64,000 nucleotides of DNA from contig JANNVQ010000040.1 in the NCBI GenBank assembly GCA_031414535.1, positions 69,927 through 133,926 of the forward strand, written 5' to 3'. The position numbers and the translations under genes were made by a program. A model generated the notes under the pieces. It did no database searches. It was not told where the DNA came from and saw only the letters and a list, made by a program, of their open reading frames with translations. Each line of letters begins with the position of its first letter. Position 1 is the first letter of the stretch. Shown piece after piece: positions 48,212-57,696 of this stretch. This DNA is from Gemmatimonas sp. Its GTDB lineage: Bacteria > Gemmatimonadota > Gemmatimonadetes > Gemmatimonadales > Gemmatimonadaceae.

Positions 48212-48991
48212 TCAAGGCTCCATCTGAAGTTGAGTGAGGCGATAACGGCGCTTCGCGGCCGCGGAGACCGCGCCACCGCTGGGGATCTGCGCATAGAAGT
48301 CGGCCCCGATGGCATCGCGCACGGCGTCGCTCACATACTCGTCGTAGATCAGCGCACCGAGCAGCCCGGCACCGGCGGTGTACTCGCTGCCACTGGAGAA
48401 CGCCGCGGGACCGCCGAGGTGCACGGGCTGGGATCCATCGGACCCGTTGCCCGATGTGCCCGCGCCGATCGAGACGGCGTGCACGCCAGGGCCGCCGATG
48501 TCCAGATTGCACAGCCACAACTGCTGCGTGCCGCTCTGCCAGCGGCCAAGCAGCGTGTAGGCAGTGCCGGCGGTCAACGCGAGGCCGGGGTTGAACGTGT
48601 CTTCGAATCCCACCAACGACGACCCGTTCCGACCGTAGAGGAAATAGTCATCGTTGCCGACATTGTCGGCCCGCATGCCCATCGCGAATTGACTGTCGCT
48701 CTCGAACACGCCACCGCGCGAGATGAGCGAGGCGTACTGCCCACCGCCGCCGTTGTCGCGGTAGACAAAGCGCACCGCCACGGTAAACGCCGCCGCAAAG
48801 GCGATGCTGCCGATGTTGATTCGCTCACCCGACGCGTTCTGGAATCCGCACTCCGCGATGTTACGCGACGCACCGCCGTCCGTGATGGTCGTGCCCGCCC
48901 CCACGCCAGCCTCGGGCGCGTACGTCGCGCTCCGCACGGCGTCGACGAACTGCGCACTCGCATCAAAGGACCCTGCCGCGACCAGTGCCAT
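48212..48991 (-). CDS. LamG/concanavalin A-like domain protein
   Basis: FTVAVRF, LISRG, beta-rich, ALIYDEYVSDA C-terminal LamG pattern. Confidence 0.6.
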   Translation of the reverse strand: MALVAAGSFDASAQFVDAVRSATYAPEAGVGAGTTITDGGASRNIAECGFQNASGERINIGSIAFAAAFTVAVRFVYRDNGGGGQYASLISRGGVFESDSQFAMGMRADNVGNDDYFLYGRNGSSLVGFEDTFNPGLALTAGTAYTLLGRWQSGTQQLWLCNLDIGGPGVHAVSIGAGTSGNGSDGSQPVHLGGPAAFSSGSEYTAGAGLLGALIYDEYVSDAVRDAIGADFYAQIPSGGAVSAAAKRRYRLTQLQMEP

Positions 48992-49842
48992 TAGAGCCAC
49001 CCCGGATTGCTGTCGTAGATCGTGATCTCGCTGATGTCCTTGGTCATGGGGCCGTCCGCCCCGACGTTGCGCGGCGCACAGCCGAGGCGGAGCGTCTCGA
49101 ACGCGAACCCTGCCGCCGTCAGGTCACCGAGCCCCGTGTCCTCATGCAGCTTCGTGAACGTGCCGGGGCTCGCCGGATTCTCGAGCCAGACGCGAAACAC
49201 CGACGTCGACCCGCGCGAGATCTCCATCCGCGTCCGGAACCATTGGCCGACCCAGTACGTGTTGGCGACGGCGGCCGGCGCGGGGAAGGCCACGCGGTTC
49301 GGCGTGAGCGACTGCCCGTTGACGGGGTCGCCGACGCGCACCGACGACTGCCCACCGGTGTTGCCGAATCCCATCTTCAGCTCCCACCGCTGCCCGCCCT
49401 GCCCGAAGAGCAGCACGGACTTCTCGTCGACGCTCCCGCCGCCCCACTCCGGATTGGGGATGGTGCTGTAGTTCGCCGAGTAGCACGTGGCCACCTCGAT
49501 GCACAGGTGCGTCTTGCTGGCGAAGTCGAGATCGTCGGTGAAGAGGTCGCGCGAGAGCGAGAAGTTCTGCAGGCGTGCCGCCGGAAACGGCCCGGCATTC
49601 GGAAACGCCAGGCGCATCGCCTTCATGCCGAGGTACGTGTTCTGCGTCTCGAGCGTGATGGTGCCCGCGTAGCCGCCCCCGAGATCCGTGATCGCGTTCT
49701 GGCGCCAGCGGTTGCCGAGCGTGTTGACGCCCGCGACCTGCAGCAGCTCGGCGGTGCTGGCATACTCGAACGTCTGCCGGTACCACGGCGCCGGCGCGAC
49801 ATGGCTCGACGCGCGACCACGTCCCATGATGGCGAGCGTCAC
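48991..49842 (-). CDS. Beta-jelly-roll protein (polysaccharide-lyase/lectin-like)
   Basis: GQWFRTRMEI...FRVWLE, ISEITIY; GTGA overlap with endolysin. Confidence 0.55.
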   Translation of the reverse strand: MTLAIMGRGRASSHVAPAPWYRQTFEYASTAELLQVAGVNTLGNRWRQNAITDLGGGYAGTITLETQNTYLGMKAMRLAFPNAGPFPAARLQNFSLSRDLFTDDLDFASKTHLCIEVATCYSANYSTIPNPEWGGGSVDEKSVLLFGQGGQRWELKMGFGNTGGQSSVRVGDPVNGQSLTPNRVAFPAPAAVANTYWVGQWFRTRMEISRGSTSVFRVWLENPASPGTFTKLHEDTGLGDLTAAGFAFETLRLGCAPRNVGADGPMTKDISEITIYDSNPGWL

Positions 49843-50381
49843 GCGGCCCTCTGCATCGGCTGCGGTTCGGTCGCCGCGTAGCGGCGCCACACGGCGTCCA
49901 GTTGCCCGCGCTCATAGTCGGCACGATCCACGGCCCGCGGGGCGATCGGACAGCCGGCCCACTGGAAGTGCGGGACGTCCGGGAGCGTCACCCAGTCACC
50001 GCCCCATGCGAGGCCGTGCGGCGTGATGAGCGCAGCGATGTCCTCCCACCACGGCCGCCCGGCATCCCAGTGCAGGCGCGGGTGGATGAAGTCCACCGCG
50101 AGACCGTAGGCATGCCAGCTGCGCACGGCGCTCGATGCGTTGGTGACCACCTTGTTCGGCGGGGTCACCGCACGCCCCTGCGCGTACAGCCACTCCTGGC
50201 GCGCGCGTGAGCGGAACGTCTCGAAGCGCAGCACTGGGAGCCGGGCGGCGCGGCAGGCCGCTTCCGCCGCCTCGATCGCGGCCACCATCGCGGGTGCCAA
50301 TCGAGTAAGCGCCCGGTCCGCGGGCACACTTTTCCACTTCCGATTTTCCGCCGGAATAGCGGAAGCCCCGGCGGCGGTCAT
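49839..50381 (-). CDS. Endolysin, M15 family (L-Ala-D-Glu peptidase-like)
   Basis: ETFRS..RQ..LYAQGR, SWHAYGLAVD, WGGDW..D.PHFQ. Confidence 0.92.
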   Translation of the reverse strand: MTAAGASAIPAENRKWKSVPADRALTRLAPAMVAAIEAAEAACRAARLPVLRFETFRSRARQEWLYAQGRAVTPPNKVVTNASSAVRSWHAYGLAVDFIHPRLHWDAGRPWWEDIAALITPHGLAWGGDWVTLPDVPHFQWAGCPIAPRAVDRADYERGQLDAVWRRYAATEPQPMQRAA

Positions 50382-50713
50382 CAGTCGTCGCTCCGCTCGA
50401 CCAGCGTCTCGCGGTCCGCCGGCGTGTCCGGAATCGCGGGCGCGCTGATCCCCTTCACCGCGGCGCCGATGTGCGGGGCCAGCAGCTTCGCGCGCGCGAT
50501 CGGCACGACGATGACGGCCGCGATGAGCATGACGCTCACGAGGAACGCCAGCGCCGCAACGCCCGCCGGCCAGGCCTTCGGATCCTTCAGCGCCGCGATA
50601 CCGAGCACCACGCACACGCAGGCCCCTAGCGCCGCGGCCGCCATGAAGACAGCCCAGCCGGGGTTGAAGTCGCCATCGGCTTCCCAGAACAGCGACACGA
50701 GGAACGCGCGCAT
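50381..50713 (-). CDS. Putative holin (2 TM)
   Basis: Two hydrophobic helices; directly upstream of endolysin. Confidence 0.6.
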   Translation of the reverse strand: MRAFLVSLFWEADGDFNPGWAVFMAAAALGACVCVVLGIAALKDPKAWPAGVAALAFLVSVMLIAAVIVVPIARAKLLAPHIGAAVKGISAPAIPDTPADRETLVERSDD

Positions 50714-51183
50714 CAGTCTTCCTCCTCGGTGTACGGCACGCCCGCCTTGTGGGCGAGCAGGATGAGGATGCGGCCATGCTTGGCGCTCAGCCGCTTGTTG
50801 TCGCGGACGTCGCCGCGCATGCCGTTGTCGCCGTTCGGGCCGAACATCTCGTGCGTGACCTTCTGCATCTCATGCGACAGCTCATCGAGCTGCCGATCGA
50901 CATGCTGACTGTGCTCGCTCAGCTCGCCGCGGACGCGCAGGAGCTGGATGTCCACCTGCTTGCCGTGGCTCACGAGCTCCCGGCTCAGTCCTGCGAACTT
51001 GCTGCGGGTCTCGACCTTGAACCCGTCGAAGCTCGCGATGAGCCGCTTCACGAAGAAGATGACGGCCGTACCCAGCACCGAGAGCACGACGCCGATGGCG
51101 GCCAGCATGAGCTTGCCGATTTCGAGCTGCACGACTGGCGTGGCCACCTGGGCCATTGCATCGACCAGCGGCGCGAGCATCAT
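50713..51183 (-). CDS. Single-TM coiled-coil protein (holin/antiholin-like)
   Basis: TM LMLAAIGVVLSVLGTAVIFFV; Met-Met start; lysis cassette position. Confidence 0.55.
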   Translation of the reverse strand: MMLAPLVDAMAQVATPVVQLEIGKLMLAAIGVVLSVLGTAVIFFVKRLIASFDGFKVETRSKFAGLSRELVSHGKQVDIQLLRVRGELSEHSQHVDRQLDELSHEMQKVTHEMFGPNGDNGMRGDVRDNKRLSAKHGRILILLAHKAGVPYTEEED

Positions 51184-51521
51184 GGCTCACCCTCCGCCGG
51201 TGGGAAGGCCGTGCGCGCCGCCGCGACGTTGCCCTGCAGGTCGAGGATGCCTTGGTGCAGGTCCCGCATTTTTGTCGCGAGATCGCCGCTGCGCAGGTTC
51301 ACGTAGCCGGTGCGCTGCAGCAGGTCCTGGAGCGCTTGGCGTTGCGCGGGGACGGTGGCGTCGAACTCCGCATCCTGCGCGACGCCCTGCAGGCGACTCG
51401 CGAGGGCTCCCAGGGCATTGATGGCCCGTACGCCCGCGCGCACCGTCTCGAGGTGCTGGGCCAACTCGTCGGCGGAGGCGGCGAGCTCGCCGCGCAGAAC
51501 TGTCGTCGTGGTCGGAGTCAT
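51180..51521 (-). CDS. Phage hypothetical helical protein
   Basis: Between tail tip gene and lysis genes; ATGA overlap. Confidence 0.6.
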   Translation of the reverse strand: MTPTTTTVLRGELAASADELAQHLETVRAGVRAINALGALASRLQGVAQDAEFDATVPAQRQALQDLLQRTGYVNLRSGDLATKMRDLHQGILDLQGNVAAARTAFPPAEGEP

Positions 51522-51528
51522 CGGAGGC

Positions 51529-54500
51529 TCAGGTGTTGACGGTGACGTCTGGGAAGTCGAGGTCGTACTCAATCCACGCGATCTCGGGATCCGCGGGCGG
51601 CGGGTCGGGGAAGATCACGATGTCGATGCCGCTCGTGCACACGAGCTCATACGCGCGGTCCCCCGCCGTGGACTCACTGAGCGACGTCAGTGCGATTGTC
51701 TCCCACGTGGTGTTGTGCACGGCGGAAGCCCCGGTGGCGATCTGCGTCGCGCTGCCCGACTGCCCGACGCGGTGCAGATAGAGATTCCAGCGCGAGCTCT
51801 TGCCGCCGGGGCTCGTGTAGCCGCGCACGCGCACGCGCACGGCGGTGAGCGTGGCGCCCTTCGGGACCGGGATGATGCAGTGCCAGCCCTTCAGGGGTGG
51901 CGTCGAGAAGTAGCCCGTGTATTGCGTGCGGCTGAAGCTGTTGTCGTACGGGATCAACGTGCCCTGCGCGGGCATGCGGATTGTCTTGGTGCCCGCCACG
52001 TCGAAGCGCGTGGCCGTCGATTCGAACGGGCCGAACTCCGCGCCGGCGCCGCCCGTCTGCGGATACGCGAGCACGCTGATGTAGAGCGTCTGCCCCAGTG
52101 CGTACGGGCCCGCGAGCGCGACGCTGAGGTTGCGGCCGTTCACCGGCGTCGCCGCCTGCACGGTCGCGAGCGACGGCATCGCCGAGGTGCTCACGGCGTA
52201 GCGCATCGAGGCGACGGACGGCGAGCCCGTGAGGCGCACCGTGGCCGCCCCATCCTCGGCGAACGACGCCGCAATCGACACATGCGCATCCGTCTGCGGC
52301 GGAATCACCTGGATGTCCGCCGCGACGAGCCGGTTGGCCGCGGTGACGGTCGCGGTCAGATGGCCAGCCCCAGCGCCCGCGGCGGGCTTCGGCACCACGA
52401 AATCCTGATAGGTGCCGGCCGCTTCGGTCAGCGTGGCGGCCGGCGTCACGGTGACCGGGCCCGCTGGCGAGACGGTGCCGAGTCCGTTCGTCTGCAGCGT
52501 GATGGTCGCGGAGTTCGGACCTTGCGGCAGCGCATCCGCGACGGCCGCGCGAAGCGTCACGTGTGTATCTGTCGAGGACAGGACGCGCAGACGCAACTGC
52601 GTCGCGAGCAGCTCGACGCCCTGCTCCTCGATCACCATGACCTTGGAGTCGGCAATGAAGCCCGCCCCAACGGTCTCGATGACGACGATGCCAGGGCCGG
52701 ACCCGTTCGCGTTACGGTTGATCACCCAGCTCTGGCCGGAGCTCGCCGGCGTGCCCACACTGGGGCCCGTCGCGATGGTGATGCCACCGCCGAGCGAGGC
52801 GACGCGGATCTGCGGTGGCGTGAGGCCTGGGCAGGTGGCCGTGCCGAGGATCGTGACCTGTGTCGGCGACACCGCGATGCGGGCGACCTGGACGTTGGCG
52901 TACGGCGTGCCCGGAGCGGCCACGGGCGTCTCGCTCGAGACCGGAATCGGGTTCGCGAACTTCGACGCGAGCAGCCGCCCGACATCCGGGCGCACGCGAT
53001 CGAGCACGACCTGCGTGACGCGGGGATCATCGAGGTTCTCGCTCAGCCCCATCAGACGCACGGTGCGCTGCAGGCCGAGGGCCGGGATGCGCAGATCCAC
53101 GTCGCGTCCCGGCACGAGCTCGAACGGTGCATAGCGCAAGCCATCCAGCCGATAGAGATCGAGCATCCGCCCCTCGAAGCGCAGCAGCGGGCGCGCGCGA
53201 TCGCGCAGCAGGTCCTGCGCGGCCTGCAGCATCGGCGTCGCGTCCGACTGGAACACGTAGCGCACGCCGCCTTCCGCCGCCTGGGGCAGGCTGTCCCGCT
53301 GCAGCAGCATCGCCGCATCGAGCACGAGCGTGCACGCGGGATTGCTCGCGCCGGGCGGCCGGCGCAGCGTGAGCTGCAGCGCCTCATCCCCGAGCCCCTC
53401 GAGCGAGAGCTGCGTGAACTGTGCGTCGTACCACGCATCGAGCGCGGCCTTCTGCGCGTCGTCCACCGCGGCCGCCGTATCGGGCGGGAAGACGTTGAAG
53501 GCGCGGCCGAGCACCGTGCGGGTGCCGCTCGCGTGCACGCTCACCACGGAGATCTCGAACGGGATCCCGCCACTGAACTGCTTGAAGAGCAGCGCGAGCG
53601 CGGCGGAGACCTGCATCATGCCCGGCACGCCGTGCACCGGGATGAGCGGGGACCGGATGACCGCCGAGGCGCCGGCCGCGAACGCGAGCTTCCAACCCTT
53701 GCCGCCATAGCGCGTCTCGGTCGGATCCGTCGTGCGCGTGCGCGTGACAGTACCGACGATGCTGTCGATGACCCATCCATCCGGCGGGTCACCGCTCGCG
53801 CCGGCCCACGCGTTCAAGTCCCCATTCCCGCAACGGTTGGTGGCACCGGTGCACGCGACCTGGAGGGTGCCGACCCGGCGCCGCGTCGCGGTGATGGCCA
53901 CGGGATCGCGCACCTCCACCAGCCGCTCGCCCTGGTGGCGCTGCAGCAGCTCGAGCACGTCGGTGGCACTCGGCGTGCCGCCCGAGAACGCGTCGACCGT
54001 AAGCTGATTCCCGCTCACGGCGCTCGCTTGGATCCACATCGGAGTTCCGGCAGGCCGATAGCAGCGCACCGTGGGCGACACATAGGTCGCGGCCACCGTG
54101 AACTGATCGCCGACGTAGCGAGCCACCACGGTCGCGGTGCGCGTGCCGGCGTTGTACGCCGTCACGGTCAACGGCACGACGCCGCCACTCACGTTGGACC
54201 AGAGCCAATCGTTCGCCTGCGGCGCCGTGCTCGGCGTGCTCGCAAAGACGACGGTGCCAGCGCCCGGATCGAAGGTCGCATCCGGCATCACGGCCACGAG
54301 CGTGGAGCGCTGGACCTCCCAGTCGCGGTACTGGTTCGCGACGTGAATGGTCACCCCGCCACCGAAGCGGTCGTTGGTGTTGATGCGCGGCGGGCCCGTG
54401 AGCGTGCTCACGACCTCGAGGGGCGAGCGCGCGGCGCGCGTGCCGAAGGCGCGGCGCGTGCCCGTGAACGTCTCGCTCTCGCGGAAGCTCACGCGCTCGC

Positions 54501-55527
54501 CGACGGCGAGGTTCGACGCCAGGTCGGCAACGGCGAGTTGCACGCGCATCGGGCTGGCCGTCGAGTCGAGGATGGCGAAACTGCGGCCCGTGAGCTCACG
54601 GAAGAGCCGCCGGCCGTTCCACTGGTCATCCACGCCGACGATGGCGGCGGGCGCGGCCCCGATGGCGCGCAGCGTCACCCAGCCCGTGCCGGCATCGACG
54701 GCCTGCACTTCGACCTGCAGCTCGCGCAGATCCACCCCGTCTTCACTGAACGGGATGACCGCATTCACCTGCTCCGCGGCATCCTCGTCCACGGTGACAT
54801 CGATCGCCGCCGCATCCGTGGTCGCGATGAGCGGCGCCAACGCGCCCGCGACCCGCGTCAGGAGCTGCAGTTGATAGCTCAGGTTGTCGGGCGCGCGGAC
54901 GAACTCGAACTCGCTGGCCACGCCCTTCGCGGCCAGCGCCTCGACGAGCGCCGTGACGATCGCGCGTGGCGACGCCGTGCCTTCGACGACGATGGTCACG
55001 GGCGTGGTCGGCGTCACCGTGCCGACGGTCACCCAGGTGTGGCCGAGCGCCGCCAGTCGTGCGGCGACGTCGCCGAGGACTTGCGCCGGCGTGCGGTCGG
55101 TCCCGCGGTAGCCCCAGCTCGAGAGCCCGCCGCTCGTCACCTCGCGATAGAGATCCGCATCGAGCAGATCATCCTCGAGCGGCACGCAGACGATCTCGTA
55201 CGGCGCGGCGGCGCGCTTCACCGGACGCCGGCGCTGCACCACGCGCCACTCTTCCCAGATCTCGTCGAACGTGTCCGGCGTGGTCGGCACCGCGCGCGTG
55301 AGGCGCAGGATCGCCTGCTGCGGGGTCAGGCTTGCGAGCGCGTGATGCGTCGGTGCGACGGTGAACGTCAGGCGCGACTGGCCCTGCTCCAGGAAGCGAC
55401 TGCGCGTCGCCGTCAGCACCGCCCGCGAGGCGCCCGGCTCGGCGAGGAACGCCACGCGTGTGCCGCCCGCCGGCGCAGGCGCGCTCCACAGATCCAAGCG
55501 GAAGGGACCGCGCGGCAGGGGCGGCAT
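51529..55527 (-). CDS. Large tail tip/hub (central fibre) protein
   Basis: 1332 aa after Dit; beta-rich, CBM-like NGDLNAW..PDGW segment, ELVPGRDVDL hub-like motif. Confidence 0.75.
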   Translation of the reverse strand: MPPLPRGPFRLDLWSAPAPAGGTRVAFLAEPGASRAVLTATRSRFLEQGQSRLTFTVAPTHHALASLTPQQAILRLTRAVPTTPDTFDEIWEEWRVVQRRRPVKRAAAPYEIVCVPLEDDLLDADLYREVTSGGLSSWGYRGTDRTPAQVLGDVAARLAALGHTWVTVGTVTPTTPVTIVVEGTASPRAIVTALVEALAAKGVASEFEFVRAPDNLSYQLQLLTRVAGALAPLIATTDAAAIDVTVDEDAAEQVNAVIPFSEDGVDLRELQVEVQAVDAGTGWVTLRAIGAAPAAIVGVDDQWNGRRLFRELTGRSFAILDSTASPMRVQLAVADLASNLAVGERVSFRESETFTGTRRAFGTRAARSPLEVVSTLTGPPRINTNDRFGGGVTIHVANQYRDWEVQRSTLVAVMPDATFDPGAGTVVFASTPSTAPQANDWLWSNVSGGVVPLTVTAYNAGTRTATVVARYVGDQFTVAATYVSPTVRCYRPAGTPMWIQASAVSGNQLTVDAFSGGTPSATDVLELLQRHQGERLVEVRDPVAITATRRRVGTLQVACTGATNRCGNGDLNAWAGASGDPPDGWVIDSIVGTVTRTRTTDPTETRYGGKGWKLAFAAGASAVIRSPLIPVHGVPGMMQVSAALALLFKQFSGGIPFEISVVSVHASGTRTVLGRAFNVFPPDTAAAVDDAQKAALDAWYDAQFTQLSLEGLGDEALQLTLRRPPGASNPACTLVLDAAMLLQRDSLPQAAEGGVRYVFQSDATPMLQAAQDLLRDRARPLLRFEGRMLDLYRLDGLRYAPFELVPGRDVDLRIPALGLQRTVRLMGLSENLDDPRVTQVVLDRVRPDVGRLLASKFANPIPVSSETPVAAPGTPYANVQVARIAVSPTQVTILGTATCPGLTPPQIRVASLGGGITIATGPSVGTPASSGQSWVINRNANGSGPGIVVIETVGAGFIADSKVMVIEEQGVELLATQLRLRVLSSTDTHVTLRAAVADALPQGPNSATITLQTNGLGTVSPAGPVTVTPAATLTEAAGTYQDFVVPKPAAGAGAGHLTATVTAANRLVAADIQVIPPQTDAHVSIAASFAEDGAATVRLTGSPSVASMRYAVSTSAMPSLATVQAATPVNGRNLSVALAGPYALGQTLYISVLAYPQTGGAGAEFGPFESTATRFDVAGTKTIRMPAQGTLIPYDNSFSRTQYTGYFSTPPLKGWHCIIPVPKGATLTAVRVRVRGYTSPGGKSSRWNLYLHRVGQSGSATQIATGASAVHNTTWETIALTSLSESTAGDRAYELVCTSGIDIVIFPDPPPADPEIAWIEYDLDFPDVTVNT

Positions 55528-55530
55528 GCG

Positions 55531-56811
55531 CTACACGCCAGCCAGCTCGCGCATCTCCGACAGCGAACGCTCGCCATCGGCGATCACGAACCGAGAAAAG
55601 GCAAACAGCCCCATCCCGCCGGCACCGCTACCGCCGAGGTATAGGCGGGACCCAGACCAGGCGGCATCGAGCGGCGTGCCGACGACGGGGGGAGCCACGA
55701 GCTCACTCCCATTGTTGAGCGCGACGCCGAAGTTCAGGCCGCCGCCCGCACCGAGCACCGAGCGATACTCGACCACATCACCGAGCGCCGTATCCGCACC
55801 AGCCGCGCGCTCCACCGTCGAGAACGTGCCTGCGGCGTTCTGTGTCTGGAACTGCATCCGCGTACTGCCGGACGTGCGGTTCACGTGCATGCGCGGACTG
55901 CTGTTTGCGAGCGACACCTGCCAGAGGAAGGCGCTCGGCTCGAAACGCGTGCCACGCTCCACGCCGCGCACGTAGATGCTCATCGCCCGCGGCGGGTTCG
56001 CAGCCGGCAGGCCGAAGTAGCACGAGTCTGCGCTGCGCGCGACCGTGCTGCCCGTCGTCTGGATGTACGACGACGGCACCGCGGCATTCTCGGCCTGCGC
56101 TCCCCAGAACGGCGCGGCAAACGTGCCGGCGATGTCATCCGGGTAGCAGTACAGGAAGTGCGTGTTTGCGGCGATGATGCCGTCGGCACTGAAGCTGATG
56201 CGGTAAGTGTTGCCCGCGAACGGTCCCTCGACGGCGTAGCGCGTGCCCGCGCCGAGGTGCGTCGTCAGGACCGGCACGCCCCCCGTCCAGGTGATGCGTA
56301 CATAGTGGCGATGCACCCCGGCCGTGGCGTCGTAGATGGAGATTGCGCTGTTCTGGCTGCCGACGAGCGCCGTGAACACGCTCGCGCACTTCGTGCCATT
56401 GCCCGTGAAGGTGACCGGGATGAAGCGGGCGTGGCTGACGAGACCGCTCGGCGTCAGCAGATCCATCGTCGCCAGCCCGTTCGGCGCCGTCAAGAAGTTC
56501 GTGGACACGCTGACGCCGTCGTTCGACCAGCTCGAGGCATCTTCGCTGGACGCGACCAAGTTCGGGCGCGCGGCCTCCAGCAGAATGGCGGTCTCGGCCC
56601 CGAACCGCGCGGGGAGCATTGCGCCGACGGGCGACGGAAAGAGGCGGCCGTTCTGGTCCACCAGGTGCTTGCGGCTGGGGCGCGCCAGCACAGCGGCGAT
56701 GCGACGCCCATACGATAGCCCGTAGAGCCCCGACTCATCGAGGCACTCGCGCGCGTCGAAGTGAAACAGCGTGCTGGCAACGCGCGCGCGTGGACCCTGA
56801 AGGAGGATCAT
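55531..56811 (-). CDS. Tail-associated protein with carbohydrate-binding/LamG-like domains
   Basis: LLEAARPNLV..SE, WGAQAE..PSSYIQTTGSTVARSAD phage fibre motif. Confidence 0.8.
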   Translation of the reverse strand: MILLQGPRARVASTLFHFDARECLDESGLYGLSYGRRIAAVLARPSRKHLVDQNGRLFPSPVGAMLPARFGAETAILLEAARPNLVASSEDASSWSNDGVSVSTNFLTAPNGLATMDLLTPSGLVSHARFIPVTFTGNGTKCASVFTALVGSQNSAISIYDATAGVHRHYVRITWTGGVPVLTTHLGAGTRYAVEGPFAGNTYRISFSADGIIAANTHFLYCYPDDIAGTFAAPFWGAQAENAAVPSSYIQTTGSTVARSADSCYFGLPAANPPRAMSIYVRGVERGTRFEPSAFLWQVSLANSSPRMHVNRTSGSTRMQFQTQNAAGTFSTVERAAGADTALGDVVEYRSVLGAGGGLNFGVALNNGSELVAPPVVGTPLDAAWSGSRLYLGGSGAGGMGLFAFSRFVIADGERSLSEMRELAGV

Positions 56812-56835
56812 GTCGCGGCCCCCGCCGGCAATGGG

Positions 56836-57696
56836 TTAGAGCTCATGGCGCCGCCGATACGTCAGGAGACCCGTCGCGCGCGCGCTTGCATCGAACAAAC
56901 GCAGGCGCGGGAACTGTCCGCCCGGTGCCCAGCCGTCGATCGGAGAGAGCGCGAAGAAGCCACCGGCGGTGAGATGGCTATCTGTTTCGGTCCAGCTCGA
57001 CGCCACCATCTTCCGCACCCGCGGTGCGATCCCCTCCGTCGTCAGCCAGTAGCGCGCCGTGGCGTCGGTGGCCCAGTCCAGCGTGCCGGTGAGCGTGAGT
57101 GAACCAATGACGTTGCCGCCGGCGTCCTCGTACAGCACCTGCGGGTCCGTCACGACCCCGAGCTCAGAGCCAAAGATCTCGAGCGTCCACGGACTGGCCA
57201 GCGAGTAGCCGAGCGGCACGGCGACGGGCGCCTGCCCAATCGCCAGGATTTGCGGGTCCCGGTCCCGCCACGCGGGCTCGGCCGCGCGGAACGTCAGCGA
57301 CAGCGTCCCCGCGCGCTGCGCCGCATCGTTCTCGAGCAGCGTCGGCGTATAGAGCGAGGCCCGGGCGGGGCCGTCGCGTTCGACGAAAATGACCCGATCG
57401 GTCGCATCGACCGCGCGCAGCTCGACGAGCCCACGGCTCGCGTGCGCGAGAATCGTGCGCACCTTCTCGAGGAAGTCCGCGCGCGTCGTGCCGAGCACTT
57501 CGCCGGTGAGGGTGATGGTGCGTGGCGCGGCCTGCCGCGGCGCGCCGACGTCGAGCTCACCTGCGATGCCCGGGAGCCGCAGGCCCTGCACGTCGAAGGC
57601 GAGGCCATCCCGACGGGCCGAGTCTCCGGGCGTCGGCAGGAAGCCGAGCCCCGCGAGGCTCACGCCGTTCAGGAAGTAGGACGGCGCGCGACTCAC
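56836..57696 (-). CDS. Distal tail protein (Dit)-like
   Basis: Follows tape measure; YFLNGVSL..LG, LPGIAG, PRTITLTG, LTFRAAEP.W. Confidence 0.75.
   Translation of the reverse strand: MSRAPSYFLNGVSLAGLGFLPTPGDSARRDGLAFDVQGLRLPGIAGELDVGAPRQAAPRTITLTGEVLGTTRADFLEKVRTILAHASRGLVELRAVDATDRVIFVERDGPARASLYTPTLLENDAAQRAGTLSLTFRAAEPAWRDRDPQILAIGQAPVAVPLGYSLASPWTLEIFGSELGVVTDPQVLYEDAGGNVIGSLTLTGTLDWATDATARYWLTTEGIAPRVRKMVASSWTETDSHLTAGGFFALSPIDGWAPGGQFPRLRLFDASARATGLLTYRRRHEL

Noticed and set aside
51310..55644. 1444-aa + strand ORF (also 46700-48994, 36298-38217, 61282-63066, 20461-21846)
   Set aside because: Antisense shadows of real genes in high-GC DNA; Arg/Ala/Gly-rich, no motifs or RBS
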